Part shown: one piece after another, positions 10,101 through 18,543 of the stretch
Layout: the number at the start of each line of letters is the position of its first letter
Numbering within the stretch: the first letter of the stretch is position 1
Source of the DNA: Polyangiaceae bacterium
GTDB taxonomy: Bacteria; Myxococcota_A; Polyangia; Polyangiales; Polyangiaceae
NCBI GenBank assembly: GCA_965222375.1
Contig: CBDCTZ010000009.1
Coordinates: 32,001-96,000 of the forward strand
Length of the DNA: 64,000 nucleotides
Direction of reading: 5' to 3'
Translations under genes and position numbers: made by a program
Notes under the pieces: generated by a model
What the model was told of the DNA's origin: nothing
Database searches by the model: none
What the model saw: only the letters and a program-made list of their open reading frames with translations

Positions 10101-10431
10101 CGGCGCCGGCACCGGCGACGTCCCGGGGCAGGTAGTACTCGGGCCACCAGGCCGTGAGGAGCGGATCCTCGGGTGCACCGCGCTGACCGAAGGCGTGGGC
10201 GACGTAGGCTCGTTTGTCGAAACTCGAGATGGGCACGCGCACGTCGACGCTTTCTGCCTGCTTGAGCTCGTGTTGGTCCGTGTCGAAGGCAAAGAAGTGC
10301 ACGAGGTCGCGGTAGCGCGTGTACTCGTCCGTCCGTCGCTTGAGCTTGCGCGCAATTTCGTTGACGATCTTGCTGCCACAGCCGCCGAGGCCCACGAAGA
10401 CGTGGGGCGGGATCTTCATCCGCTGAATCAT
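7135..10431 (-). CDS. Tubulin/FtsZ-like GTPase (Tubulin_2 / FtsZl1 type) with long helical C-terminus
   Basis: VFVGLGGCGSKIV, FDTD, GAGAGQIR, SLAGGTGSG, ANGYAALMEL, FDQVYLVD; start at ATG 10431. Confidence 0.9.
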   Translation of the reverse strand: MIQRMKIPPHVFVGLGGCGSKIVNEIARKLKRRTDEYTRYRDLVHFFAFDTDQHELKQAESVDVRVPISSFDKRAYVAHAFGQRGAPEDPLLTAWWPEYYLPRDVAGAGAGQIRIESRLSLHFTLKFKPEVFTALEHAVGRSFAIDTRFRDGDKAPMVHIYASLAGGTGSGAFLPLAYIIHDLFREHARPITVGTYVLPAVFRRAGLPNQQLDKIMANGYAALMELEHMQSASDSDKVEFQYDPRAKDRQEVSRRAFDQVYLVDDIGAGREVITDTRKVYQAIADSAYSQIFSDILGRQSSTADNDEREMGVTDHQMYTKRYGSFGLSVLTVPDDDILGYCANRYAVEALTRTFALPAEPPPESESHADRERREQDFVRHVLEQANLPGDTGAFYGRIVEGCDGGSEEQGAVDRFLRYFETEFAPRIQGHVHLPRWNEEKLLEFDEDPESVRIELPKRLEQWTKAAEGARVKIDQEAAFISKEVNGSDHEHSFAKVLGDRGPIFERLFLIRVSAALRQYQAAARARETTASDLLKPLKNTYMTWAERLSDAAPKTVIEYVRGNDYGQEVVPEFMGWYRTNMEAPQVEKLSSAGMVDLCEDLLRAIEDRKTRLGTLFSELFTIRDKLNATCDELIRYGVRRDEGGLSNDHVLDVELYQNFEDPKGLRMWNWVFERRENTSTDYDPAKIFPAVQSAYASVEHARHMSAAVSESLVEMGHQLWRQRIVGHDEPRGLDEMGLEVRSALTEEAQLALGWAKLRKHHADPLTLHFREHQQEWDLAIENIKPDQIDDYIQHKIHYAAKKCAPFLRLRREEHATAIEPKRYVSLNPTYLDDPKLKHWLLENERFPVKGGDVLRSDDAKRVTFYWSELGMPLYRIESMDDYYDRHHHVKRDELSRGKVYRWADLPLQPKHAAAHAEHCEGRRVPDIPLHIDKRWEAAPDEHECLADVAPKAVVAGDGRKAWLDKRTRVHTARSAEELVHYVWAQVHGLVVQKDSGEIVYSNEDIPERDRVLGKFRDVAFEGFREAKLAIREWFIEEINRKNTEFIDNRDRDGATAVVTAHSEHLKKLRLQLEGKEHAFVEQELAAATQALEALLAKM

Positions 10432-10556
10432 CGGTTCCCCTTGGAATCTGAAGTGTCGCGGCGAGCATATCCCGCGTCGCCGCTGCGCAACACGCACCCT
10501 CGACCTGGGCGATGAATTTCGGAAAAACTTGCCGATCTTTCGGGGAAAAACCGAGT

Positions 10557-12665
10557 CTAGCTCCGGGTGAGCCACACCTCGTAGCGATCGCCCAGGCGAT
10601 AGCGCTCATCCCATACGCCCTTTTGGGGGCGGCGGGACGCGGGCGAATCCGGTTGGGAAACCCGCGCCACCTCGGTACCGCCCTCGGGGACAACCTCGAA
10701 GCTTCGCCCCTGAGCGACGAAGGTGACCAGCTTCTTTGCCTTTTTGCCGAGGGGAAACGAGAAGCGCGCGCTGCGGTACGCACCGCTCTTGGCGTGACGC
10801 TTGATCAGGGAGTCGTTGTCGAAGGGCGAGTCCAGTTCCACATAGCGGATCCGAGCCTTGGGCGGAAACTTGGATGCCACGGCTCGACCGACCAGCCAAA
10901 GCACGAGCCAGAGAATGAATAGCCCGATGGCGAGCTTGCCCCAATGCTCTTCCAACCATCGCTTCAAGGTCCACGAGCGCAATGTGGCGTCGACAGGTCC
11001 CGCGAAGGATGGGTCGCCGGACAGCAGGGGTCGGGTCGCTTCATCGGCCGTTGCGACCAACTGCCCGCCGTAGCGCTTGTCTTCCCAGCGCAGCGCCTCG
11101 GGGTCGGCGAAGCTGACTTTGAGCTCGGTCTCCCGCTTGTCGGGACCAAAGGTCACCTGCGCTGGTTCGAAGCGTAGGTCCGAGCGCGTGAGGGGGTCGG
11201 TGGCTGAAAGCTGTAGCGTGATGGGCACGGGCAAGCGCGCGGGTGACTTCACCTTCAGCTTGACCGCCGTGAGCTGCCCGGGTTCGGCCATGCTGTCGAA
11301 GCTGACCTTGTCGACCTCGACCTCTAGAGGAATGCGGTGAACGACTCGAAACTCGTGTTTGACTGGGTCGACCGCCAGAAAGCCCTCGTCGTGTTTCGCG
11401 GAGGCTTGCAGGGTGTAGGGTGCGTCCCGCGGGGGCAATGCGGGAAAGTCGAAGCCCTGGTCGCCTGCCGCATCCGCCCGGAGGCTCTTCTTCTTCCCCT
11501 CCACCGACACCGTGAAAGTGACCTTGTTCAGGTAGCTGGCCGGCCAGACAATGGGTTTGCCGTGTCGGCTTCTGAGCGCCACGCGGCCACGCACGGGGGC
11601 TCCGTCGGCAATGCTCTTGGCCAGCTTCTCGATGCGCAGGGCGGTCCCCACATCGTAGAGCGCCCAAACCCGAAGTGGCGCCGCGCCAGTGGTCCTCGAG
11701 AAGGAGTAGCGCCCGGGCTTGGGCTTGTCGACTTGATAGACCGCGTAGCCGCGACGCTTGCGTCCCCTCTCCACGCGGAACTCGGGACCACGCACTGCTG
11801 GCGCGGCCTTGCCAAACGGAAACGCAGCGCCGCCACTATCCGTGAACTTCACGGGCAGCTCGCCGCTGTCCGTGCGCACGATCAGATGCAGGTGTTTCGT
11901 GTCCGGAGGCACCTGGAAGTTGACGGCTTTGGCGGCCGGCGGCTTTTGCACCGGCGAGCCAACCAGTGCGGCGAACACGTCCGTGAACAATTCGGGTACG
12001 CGATCGGCGCTGCCCGCGACGAGAAGGCGCCCCCCAGTGCTCTGCGCCACGCTGGCCAGTAGTCGCCGGGAGCGCTCGGCCTTTTGAAACCCACGGCCCA
12101 GACCCACCACGAACACCTTGGCGCCGCGGCGTGACAGGTCGCCTGCCGCGCGAGTCACTCGTTCGGAGTAGCCCTGACGGTCCGCATCGCTCATACGCTT
12201 GTTCTCGAAGCGTGAGTCCGGCGTGCAGCGGTCTTCGCCCGCGGGCGCCGGGTGGTATTCCCCGTCGGTCAGAAACACGACCAGGCGCCGTTCCCCCGCG
12301 GGCCGTTTGCCCTGAAACGCCTTGGCGGCTGCGGTCAGACCACGGGCGTAGTCGGTGCAGGACTCCGTGGGCGCCAAGGCGTCGAGGGCCGTCATGAACT
12401 TCGCCCGCTCTTTGCCCGAGGCGGTCACGAGTTTTCGTCCCGTGGTCCCGAAGGACACCAGGGTCACTTCGTCGCGTTCGTCCGCCAGATCCGTGACCAG
12501 CCGGGCCGCGAGCCGCGCCAGCAGATCCGGGTCGTTTTGTTTCATGCTGGCGGACGCATCCAGCACCACGGCGACCCGCAGGCGAACCGGTGCCGCGACG
12601 GAAGGAAGCGCCCACAGCGTCGCCGCGAGCACTGCCGCGAAGATGTAGATGCTGCCGCGCGTCAC
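10557..12665 (-). CDS. Signal-peptide vWA-domain membrane protein
   Basis: Signal peptide; MIDAS VLDASASM...TDY...FLTDG; beta-rich ectodomain; TM LAIGLFILWLVLWLVG; about 100 aa cytoplasmic tail. Start GTG 12665. Confidence 0.88.
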   Translation of the reverse strand: MTRGSIYIFAAVLAATLWALPSVAAPVRLRVAVVLDASASMKQNDPDLLARLAARLVTDLADERDEVTLVSFGTTGRKLVTASGKERAKFMTALDALAPTESCTDYARGLTAAAKAFQGKRPAGERRLVVFLTDGEYHPAPAGEDRCTPDSRFENKRMSDADRQGYSERVTRAAGDLSRRGAKVFVVGLGRGFQKAERSRRLLASVAQSTGGRLLVAGSADRVPELFTDVFAALVGSPVQKPPAAKAVNFQVPPDTKHLHLIVRTDSGELPVKFTDSGGAAFPFGKAAPAVRGPEFRVERGRKRRGYAVYQVDKPKPGRYSFSRTTGAAPLRVWALYDVGTALRIEKLAKSIADGAPVRGRVALRSRHGKPIVWPASYLNKVTFTVSVEGKKKSLRADAAGDQGFDFPALPPRDAPYTLQASAKHDEGFLAVDPVKHEFRVVHRIPLEVEVDKVSFDSMAEPGQLTAVKLKVKSPARLPVPITLQLSATDPLTRSDLRFEPAQVTFGPDKRETELKVSFADPEALRWEDKRYGGQLVATADEATRPLLSGDPSFAGPVDATLRSWTLKRWLEEHWGKLAIGLFILWLVLWLVGRAVASKFPPKARIRYVELDSPFDNDSLIKRHAKSGAYRSARFSFPLGKKAKKLVTFVAQGRSFEVVPEGGTEVARVSQPDSPASRRPQKGVWDERYRLGDRYEVWLTRS

Positions 12666-12688
12666 GGCTCCGCAGCTTAGCGGATTTC

Positions 12689-15600
12689 CTAGGAGCGCTC
12701 GGACAAAGTCCGGCGGCGCCGCCGCAGCAGGAGCAGAGCGCCCAAGGAGAGCCACAGCGCGGAAGGTCGCTGTTTGCCACCCGGCACTTCGCAGCCACAG
12801 CCGCCGTGGGCGGATAGGCCGCTCGCGCCGCTGGAGCCGCCGGTCACGGCGACATTTGCCTCCAAGCTGTTGTTCGTCGTATCGGCCTCGCAAGGTTTGG
12901 CGTCCTCCGCCACGGCCTTGAGCGTGACGCTGGAGGCCGAGCCACTGGCTTCGATGCCGACGTGCACCTCCGCGCCAGCGCCGGCCAATAGCGTTCCCAG
13001 CTCGCAGCCGACGGAGCTGCCGCTGATGCTGCAGCTACCCTGGCTCGAGGACTGGGAGACGATCTTGGCACTCTTCGCACTGCCGGTCACCATGACGTTG
13101 TCCACGTCGGCGTTGCCCTCGTTGAAGACTTGGAACTTCCACAGGGTGGGCTCCCCGGCTGCGACGGACTCCAAGGGGGTTTCCTTGACGACCAAGTCGC
13201 CGGTGCCCGACAGCGAATCGCTCAGTTTCACGACCTCGAAACGCTCCCCCGCCACGTTCTGGTGGTGCAGCAGCAGCAAGTCCGGTACCGAGCCGCTGCT
13301 CCGTGCCGCGTCGCTGACCTGGACCTGCACTTCGTCGGCCGAGAAAATGGGGCGGCCTTCATCGCCGAAGCGCGCCGTGTCCAGCTCGGGCTCTTCGGGA
13401 TTGAAGGTGATCCACTCGGTCTGATCCGCCTGAGTGGAAAAGTCGAAGGCTTCGGTGACCACTGCGTAGGCGAAACTGGCAGCCCCCGGCGACAGGTCGA
13501 TGTCGGGCAAGTCCACAGGCAAGATCAGTACACTGTTGTGATAGGGATCCGTCGCCGCGGTCTCTACGCTGACCATATTCAAGAAGCGCTTGCCCACGGG
13601 CTGTGAAGTACTGGCGCGGTAGGTGCTGGCCGCCAGCACGTCGGCGTAGGGCCCCTGGGCGGTCAGAGGCTCGGTTCGCACCACGAAGTCGGCCTTGTTG
13701 TCGAAGTTCGTGTCGATGGCCACGTTGATCAACGACAGCGCGCCCCGGGCGGCGGTGGTCCACTCGCCGGCTACGGCGACGGCAATGAACGCGGACGTGT
13801 CCTCGAAGTCGTCGGCCGTGCTGACATCGCTGCCGTGGCCAACGGCCAGGATGTCGATCATGGCCTGTTCGGGATCCGTGTCGCTGGTGGGCATCTTGGG
13901 GCTCGTCGCGCCGAGCTGGAATGCCGTCACCAGGGGCTTCGGATGAGAACTCGTGCCTTCGATGGGGATCGTCACCACGCCCGGGCTGGTCTCGGCACAT
14001 TCGGCAAGTGCCCCGGCCTTGCGACGCGCGGCCGCACGCACGACGCCGTGGAATGGCACCACGGCCGTTTCCGTAGCGGTTGCGAGCTTCACCCAGCCAT
14101 CCGCTTCCGTCAGGTAGTGGCGCGGTTGTTCGAACTGCTGCGCGGGAGTGGCGGGGCCCGCGGCGGGGGCGCCGAGGGCGTCGGGATCCAGGCTCAGGCT
14201 GAGGGTGGCCTTCTCGCTCTGGCCGGCAGCAATCGTCAGCTCGGCCGGGGCAATCGCCAGCGTGACGCCGGGCAGGGAACGCAGACTGTCGACGGAGAGT
14301 TTCACCGTGATCGGTTGTGCGCCGTGATTGGTGACCGATAGCGAGCGGTCCCGGGAAACCTTTTCGTCGCTGATCAACGCGCCGAAGGAAAGGGCGACAC
14401 TGGCCGAGTCTTCATCCGACAGCGCCGTGAAGCTGGCGTCCACCGCTCGCTCCAACGCGACCCGCCCCGCTCCAGCGATGCTGGGTGGGTAGGGGTTGAG
14501 GGTGCCGTCCAAGACGGGCTCCGTGGAGTTCATCAGCGCGGCTTTCACTGCCGACGGCGCCCAAGCGGGTTGGGCTTGGCGCAGCACCGCGGCTGCGCCC
14601 GCGACCACCGGCGAGGCCATGCTCGTGCCCTGAGAGCGCCGCGCGAGAGTTCCCGAACCCACTCGGGCCGAATCGATGGCGAAGCCCGGCGCTGAGATTT
14701 CCGGTTTCAGAATGCCGTCGATGGCGCTCGGCCCGCGGGAGGAGAAGGACGCGATGATCTCGCTGCCGGCTCCGCCGAATTTCACTGCTGGGTCCAGCGT
14801 GACGCTGACACCGGCACTGAGCTGAGCCTTGATCTTGGTACCGTCCACTTTCCGGATCATCACGCCAGGTATCGAGACGCTGCCGGGATCCCCGCCGCCC
14901 ATGGCGAAGGGCAACGTGTCGTCTTCGTTGTCAACGATGATGGCCGCCACGGCGCCAGCCTTGATCGCGTTGCCGAACTTTTGCACGAAGGTGCATTGGC
15001 CTCGATCGACGATGGCGACTTTGCCGTTGACCGCGCTTGCGTTGCTCCAGTTTTGGCATCCGTTGGCGGGCACGCTGGCGACGACGCTGCCGCTGATCGC
15101 GCCCGAGTCGTTCAGGGGAGTGGTGAAGCCACCCTCGGCGGCGGCGTACTCTCCAGCGATTGTACTCGGCGAGGTGACCTGCAAGGCCACGAGATCGGCA
15201 TCTACGCTGGCAGCGACGCTCAGGGCGTCGGGATAGGCACTCGGCGTGCCGGCGGCCCAAAAGGTCTGTCCGTCGTTGCCTGCCGCAACCACCAACAAGC
15301 TGCCAGCTTTGGTCAGATTGCGAACTAGCCCTCCACCAATGGTCGCCCCGACGGCGTAGGCCGTGCCCAAAGATGCGTTGACCACGTCCAAGCGGTCAGA
15401 GAGGTTACCGTCTTGATTGGGGTCGACGGCCCGCTCGAGCGCGGCCGCCAGCTGGGTCGTTCCGCCCTGGCAGCCGAAGATCTTCAGGGCATACAGCTTC
15501 GCCTCGGGCGCAACACCTGGTGCCACCCGGAAGATGCTCGGATCGAAGGTCTGAGAATAGGGACCCGTGAAGGTCGCGCCGCCCTTGAGCACGCCCGCGC

Positions 15601-16369
15601 CGGCCGCGATGCCGGCCACGTGGGTGCCGTGCCCGCCGGCCACCTGGATGCTCTGCGGCTTGAAGCAATCGATGGGATCCGGATCTGGCTTCGGCGTGCC
15701 ATTTCCTTGCCCCTGGCCACTTGGGTTGTAGTCGTCGCCAACGAAATCGAAGCCGCCGATCACCTTTGCGGTCGGGAACGTCCCGGCCTCGATCACGTCC
15801 GGATCATTGGAGTTGAACGTCTGGGCGGTTCCTGGACCCCCGAAGTCCGCGTGCAAGTAGTCCACGCCCGAGTCGATGATGCCGATGGTCATGCCGCTTC
15901 CGGTCAGCGGCGTGGTTCGCGCCCAAACCTCCGGTGCTCCCACCACCGGCAGTGCCGATGCGAGGGTGCGCTTCATGATTGGCACTTCCTCCAGGCCGAC
16001 CACTCCCGGCAAGCCCTTCAGGCGCGCGGCGTTCCTTTTCGGAAGTCTCACTTGCACCAGGTTGGCTAGACGCCGAATGTCGGCGACGACGATGCCGCCC
16101 AGGCCGGCGACCCCCGGGGCGAGCGTCCGCCGCTGATCATCCATGGCACTGATTCGTCGCTGCACGACCAGCGCGGCGGCAGGCGCCGTTGGATCCATCT
16201 TCGGCGGCAGCGCGTCGATGCCGCCGGGGCCTTGTAGAACGACGTAGTACTCCGACCAGGTGTCGCCTTGAGAGAGGGGCGACACGCTGGCGGCGCTTTG
16301 AGAGGTGGGCGGCTCGGGCGTCGTCGAGCACGCGGCCAAGACGACCGCTGGGGCGAGGTATCGGCGCAT
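12689..16369 (-). CDS. S8 subtilase with PA domain, DUF11-like Ig domain and MYXO-CTERM
   Basis: IGIIDSGVD, GHGTHVAGIAAG, AAGNDG, GTSMASP; PA motif KVAIVDRGQCTFVQK; lipobox VLAAC; C-terminal GCGC plus TM plus RRRRR. Confidence 0.95.
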   Translation of the reverse strand: MRRYLAPAVVLAACSTTPEPPTSQSAASVSPLSQGDTWSEYYVVLQGPGGIDALPPKMDPTAPAAALVVQRRISAMDDQRRTLAPGVAGLGGIVVADIRRLANLVQVRLPKRNAARLKGLPGVVGLEEVPIMKRTLASALPVVGAPEVWARTTPLTGSGMTIGIIDSGVDYLHADFGGPGTAQTFNSNDPDVIEAGTFPTAKVIGGFDFVGDDYNPSGQGQGNGTPKPDPDPIDCFKPQSIQVAGGHGTHVAGIAAGAGVLKGGATFTGPYSQTFDPSIFRVAPGVAPEAKLYALKIFGCQGGTTQLAAALERAVDPNQDGNLSDRLDVVNASLGTAYAVGATIGGGLVRNLTKAGSLLVVAAGNDGQTFWAAGTPSAYPDALSVAASVDADLVALQVTSPSTIAGEYAAAEGGFTTPLNDSGAISGSVVASVPANGCQNWSNASAVNGKVAIVDRGQCTFVQKFGNAIKAGAVAAIIVDNEDDTLPFAMGGGDPGSVSIPGVMIRKVDGTKIKAQLSAGVSVTLDPAVKFGGAGSEIIASFSSRGPSAIDGILKPEISAPGFAIDSARVGSGTLARRSQGTSMASPVVAGAAAVLRQAQPAWAPSAVKAALMNSTEPVLDGTLNPYPPSIAGAGRVALERAVDASFTALSDEDSASVALSFGALISDEKVSRDRSLSVTNHGAQPITVKLSVDSLRSLPGVTLAIAPAELTIAAGQSEKATLSLSLDPDALGAPAAGPATPAQQFEQPRHYLTEADGWVKLATATETAVVPFHGVVRAAARRKAGALAECAETSPGVVTIPIEGTSSHPKPLVTAFQLGATSPKMPTSDTDPEQAMIDILAVGHGSDVSTADDFEDTSAFIAVAVAGEWTTAARGALSLINVAIDTNFDNKADFVVRTEPLTAQGPYADVLAASTYRASTSQPVGKRFLNMVSVETAATDPYHNSVLILPVDLPDIDLSPGAASFAYAVVTEAFDFSTQADQTEWITFNPEEPELDTARFGDEGRPIFSADEVQVQVSDAARSSGSVPDLLLLHHQNVAGERFEVVKLSDSLSGTGDLVVKETPLESVAAGEPTLWKFQVFNEGNADVDNVMVTGSAKSAKIVSQSSSQGSCSISGSSVGCELGTLLAGAGAEVHVGIEASGSASSVTLKAVAEDAKPCEADTTNNSLEANVAVTGGSSGASGLSAHGGCGCEVPGGKQRPSALWLSLGALLLLRRRRRTLSERS

Positions 16370-16433
16370 GATCACGGTGTGGTCGCATAGCCCGGCTCGG
16401 GCAGCGCCGCACGTCCTGGGGCGAGGTTTGGGG

Positions 16434-17165
16434 TCATTTTTTTCGGAGCGACACCGAGGCAACGAGGGGCAAATGGTCTGAGGCTCGGCGGCTGAGAGCT
16501 GTACGCACGGGACCGGCACGAAGTGTCCGGATATCGCCACGAAGGAACAATCCGTCCAGGGGCCTCACGGGTAACCAGGCGGGAAACGTTGGCGAGAGTG
16601 GACCGACCCGATGGAAACCGGCGGGAGTGAGGTGTTCGGGCCCGAGGGTGCCCCAGAGGTCGTTCAGGTCGCCTCCCAGGACAATCGGTGTACGGCGGTG
16701 CAGCCCTCGGTAGGGGCGCGACGACAGGAAGCGCTCCAGCTGCTGGCCCCGTTCGGAACCCGCCAGCCCCAAATGCAGATTGGTGATCACGATGCTGCGG
16801 GACCGACTCCCGAAGCGGATTCGAGCTCGGGCTTGCAGCGCTCCCCGTTTCTTTCGAGTGCCCACAGTCAAATCCAGGTGCACGACGTTGGATAGGGGCC
16901 AGCGACTCAGTATGGCGTTGCCGTAGCCGCCAACGCTGAAGCGATGCTCAGGGCCGTAGGCCACGTGGGGCATGGCGAGGGCATGGGAAAGCAGATCCGC
17001 TTGAGTGTCGAACTCCGAGCGGGGCATGTCCTCGGCAACCTCTTGCAGCAAAGCGATGTCGGGCTCGCAGCCCGCCAGGACGTCAATCACGCGCTGCAAG
17101 CGGTAGCGGCGGTCGAAGCCGCCGATGCCTTTGTGAATGTTCCACGTCGCGATGGTCAAGCGCAT
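16434..17165 (-). CDS. Endonuclease/exonuclease/phosphatase family protein
   Basis: ATWNIHKG, LLQEV, GNAILSR, HL, GDLN, LDG, SDHLPL. Confidence 0.93.
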   Translation of the reverse strand: MRLTIATWNIHKGIGGFDRRYRLQRVIDVLAGCEPDIALLQEVAEDMPRSEFDTQADLLSHALAMPHVAYGPEHRFSVGGYGNAILSRWPLSNVVHLDLTVGTRKKRGALQARARIRFGSRSRSIVITNLHLGLAGSERGQQLERFLSSRPYRGLHRRTPIVLGGDLNDLWGTLGPEHLTPAGFHRVGPLSPTFPAWLPVRPLDGLFLRGDIRTLRAGPVRTALSRRASDHLPLVASVSLRKK

Positions 17166-17316
17166 GTCGCCACGAACGAGGTAGCGCGCCCCGCGGCGCC
17201 GCGTCAAAGGCCCTTCTGCCCGGGCTCGGGCAGTGCTCTCGCCGTGGGGGCGACGACGCTCGCGATTCGAGATAGGATCAGCCGCCGAGCCACCGCGCTG
17301 AGTCTTGATTCCGAAA

Positions 17317-18522
17317 ATGAGTGATGCACCCCCGCCGGATCTGGCCGGCCGACTCGTACTGGAGCGTTACCGCGTCGAGCGCCTCATCGGTCGCGGTGGT
17401 ATGGGCACGGTGTGGGCGGGTCGTCACGTCACCCTGGGCCAGCTGGTCGCGATCAAGTTCATTCACGAGAAGCTGACCAGTAGCGCTGAGGCCCTGCGCC
17501 GCTTCGACCTGGAGGCCAAGGCCGCAGCGCGCATCAAGAGCCGCCACGCGGTCCAAGTCTATGACCACGGAGTCACCGATGACGGACGCCCCTTCATCGC
17601 CATGGAGTACCTGGAGGGTGAGTCTTTGGAGCAGCGCCTCAAGGCGCGGGGCGCGCTGCCTCTGGACGAGGTCAAGCGGCTCGTGGCCCAGGCGGCCCTC
17701 GCCCTGGACGCCGCGCATTCCGCCAACGTGGTGCATCGAGATCTCAAGCCAGACAACATCTTCCTCGCCAACGATCCCGAGGCTCCGGACTGGGGCTACA
17801 CGGTCAAGCTCGTGGATTTCGGCATCGCCAAGATCGTTCAGGAAGATGCCGCCGAAGGTGCGCCAGCGACCCAAGCCGGCACGGTTCTGGGTACGCCGCA
17901 CTACATGAGCCCAGAGGCTTTGACGGCGTCGGCCCCGGTGAGCACCGCGAGTGACGTCTGGTCTTTGGGTGCTTGTGCTTTCGCAGCGCTGACCGCGCGC
18001 CCGCCCTTCGAAGGGGACGCGATCGGAGACGTGGTGCTCAAGGTCTGCGCCGCCCCCATGCCAGTGCCATCTCGAGTGCATTCCGGGCTGTCTCGCGCCT
18101 TCGACGACTGGTTTGCCCGCTCTTGCTCCCGGGACCCGACCAAGCGCTTTGCAGCCATTCGGGAGCAAGCGGACGCGCTGCAGGCCTTGGAAGCTTGGGC
18201 GGACGCACGCAAGGCGACCGAGGCCTACGAGCTCAAACGGGCGGACGTTGACTTGGACAAGGAAATCGCCCGGGCCACGGGCTCCGGCGCCAAGGGTTTG
18301 GCCATCGGTCTGGCCATTGCGGCCCTGGCAATTTTCGGCATTGGCCTGTACGCGGCGAAGCTCGCGCGGGAGGCCAATCAGGCGGTGCAGAAGACGGCGC
18401 ACAGTGCCGCCCAGGTCGTGGAGACGGAGAACGAGCGCAAGTTGCGGGAAGCGGACGAGGCGTACTGGAACTCCTTGGACGGCGGCCGGGACGCTGGCGC
18501 CGCAAAGACCTACAAGCCCTGA
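17317..18522 (+). CDS. Hanks-type Ser/Thr protein kinase with C-terminal TM
   Basis: IGRGGMGTVW, VAIK, HRDLKPDN, DFG, GTPHYMSPE, DVWSLG. Confidence 0.96.
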   Translation: MSDAPPPDLAGRLVLERYRVERLIGRGGMGTVWAGRHVTLGQLVAIKFIHEKLTSSAEALRRFDLEAKAAARIKSRHAVQVYDHGVTDDGRPFIAMEYLEGESLEQRLKARGALPLDEVKRLVAQAALALDAAHSANVVHRDLKPDNIFLANDPEAPDWGYTVKLVDFGIAKIVQEDAAEGAPATQAGTVLGTPHYMSPEALTASAPVSTASDVWSLGACAFAALTARPPFEGDAIGDVVLKVCAAPMPVPSRVHSGLSRAFDDWFARSCSRDPTKRFAAIREQADALQALEAWADARKATEAYELKRADVDLDKEIARATGSGAKGLAIGLAIAALAIFGIGLYAAKLAREANQAVQKTAHSAAQVVETENERKLREADEAYWNSLDGGRDAGAAKTYKP

Positions 18523-18543
18523 GGGGTTCAGGGCTTGTAGGTC
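18507..18543. terminator. Perfect 16-bp inverted repeat at the junction of two convergent genes
   Basis: GACCTACAAGCCCTGA - GGGGT - TCAGGGCTTGTAGGTC; no U-tract. Confidence 0.5.

Noticed and set aside
7135..10431. Canonical ftsZ
   Set aside because: About 1100 aa, Tubulin_2-type motifs, no dcw context.
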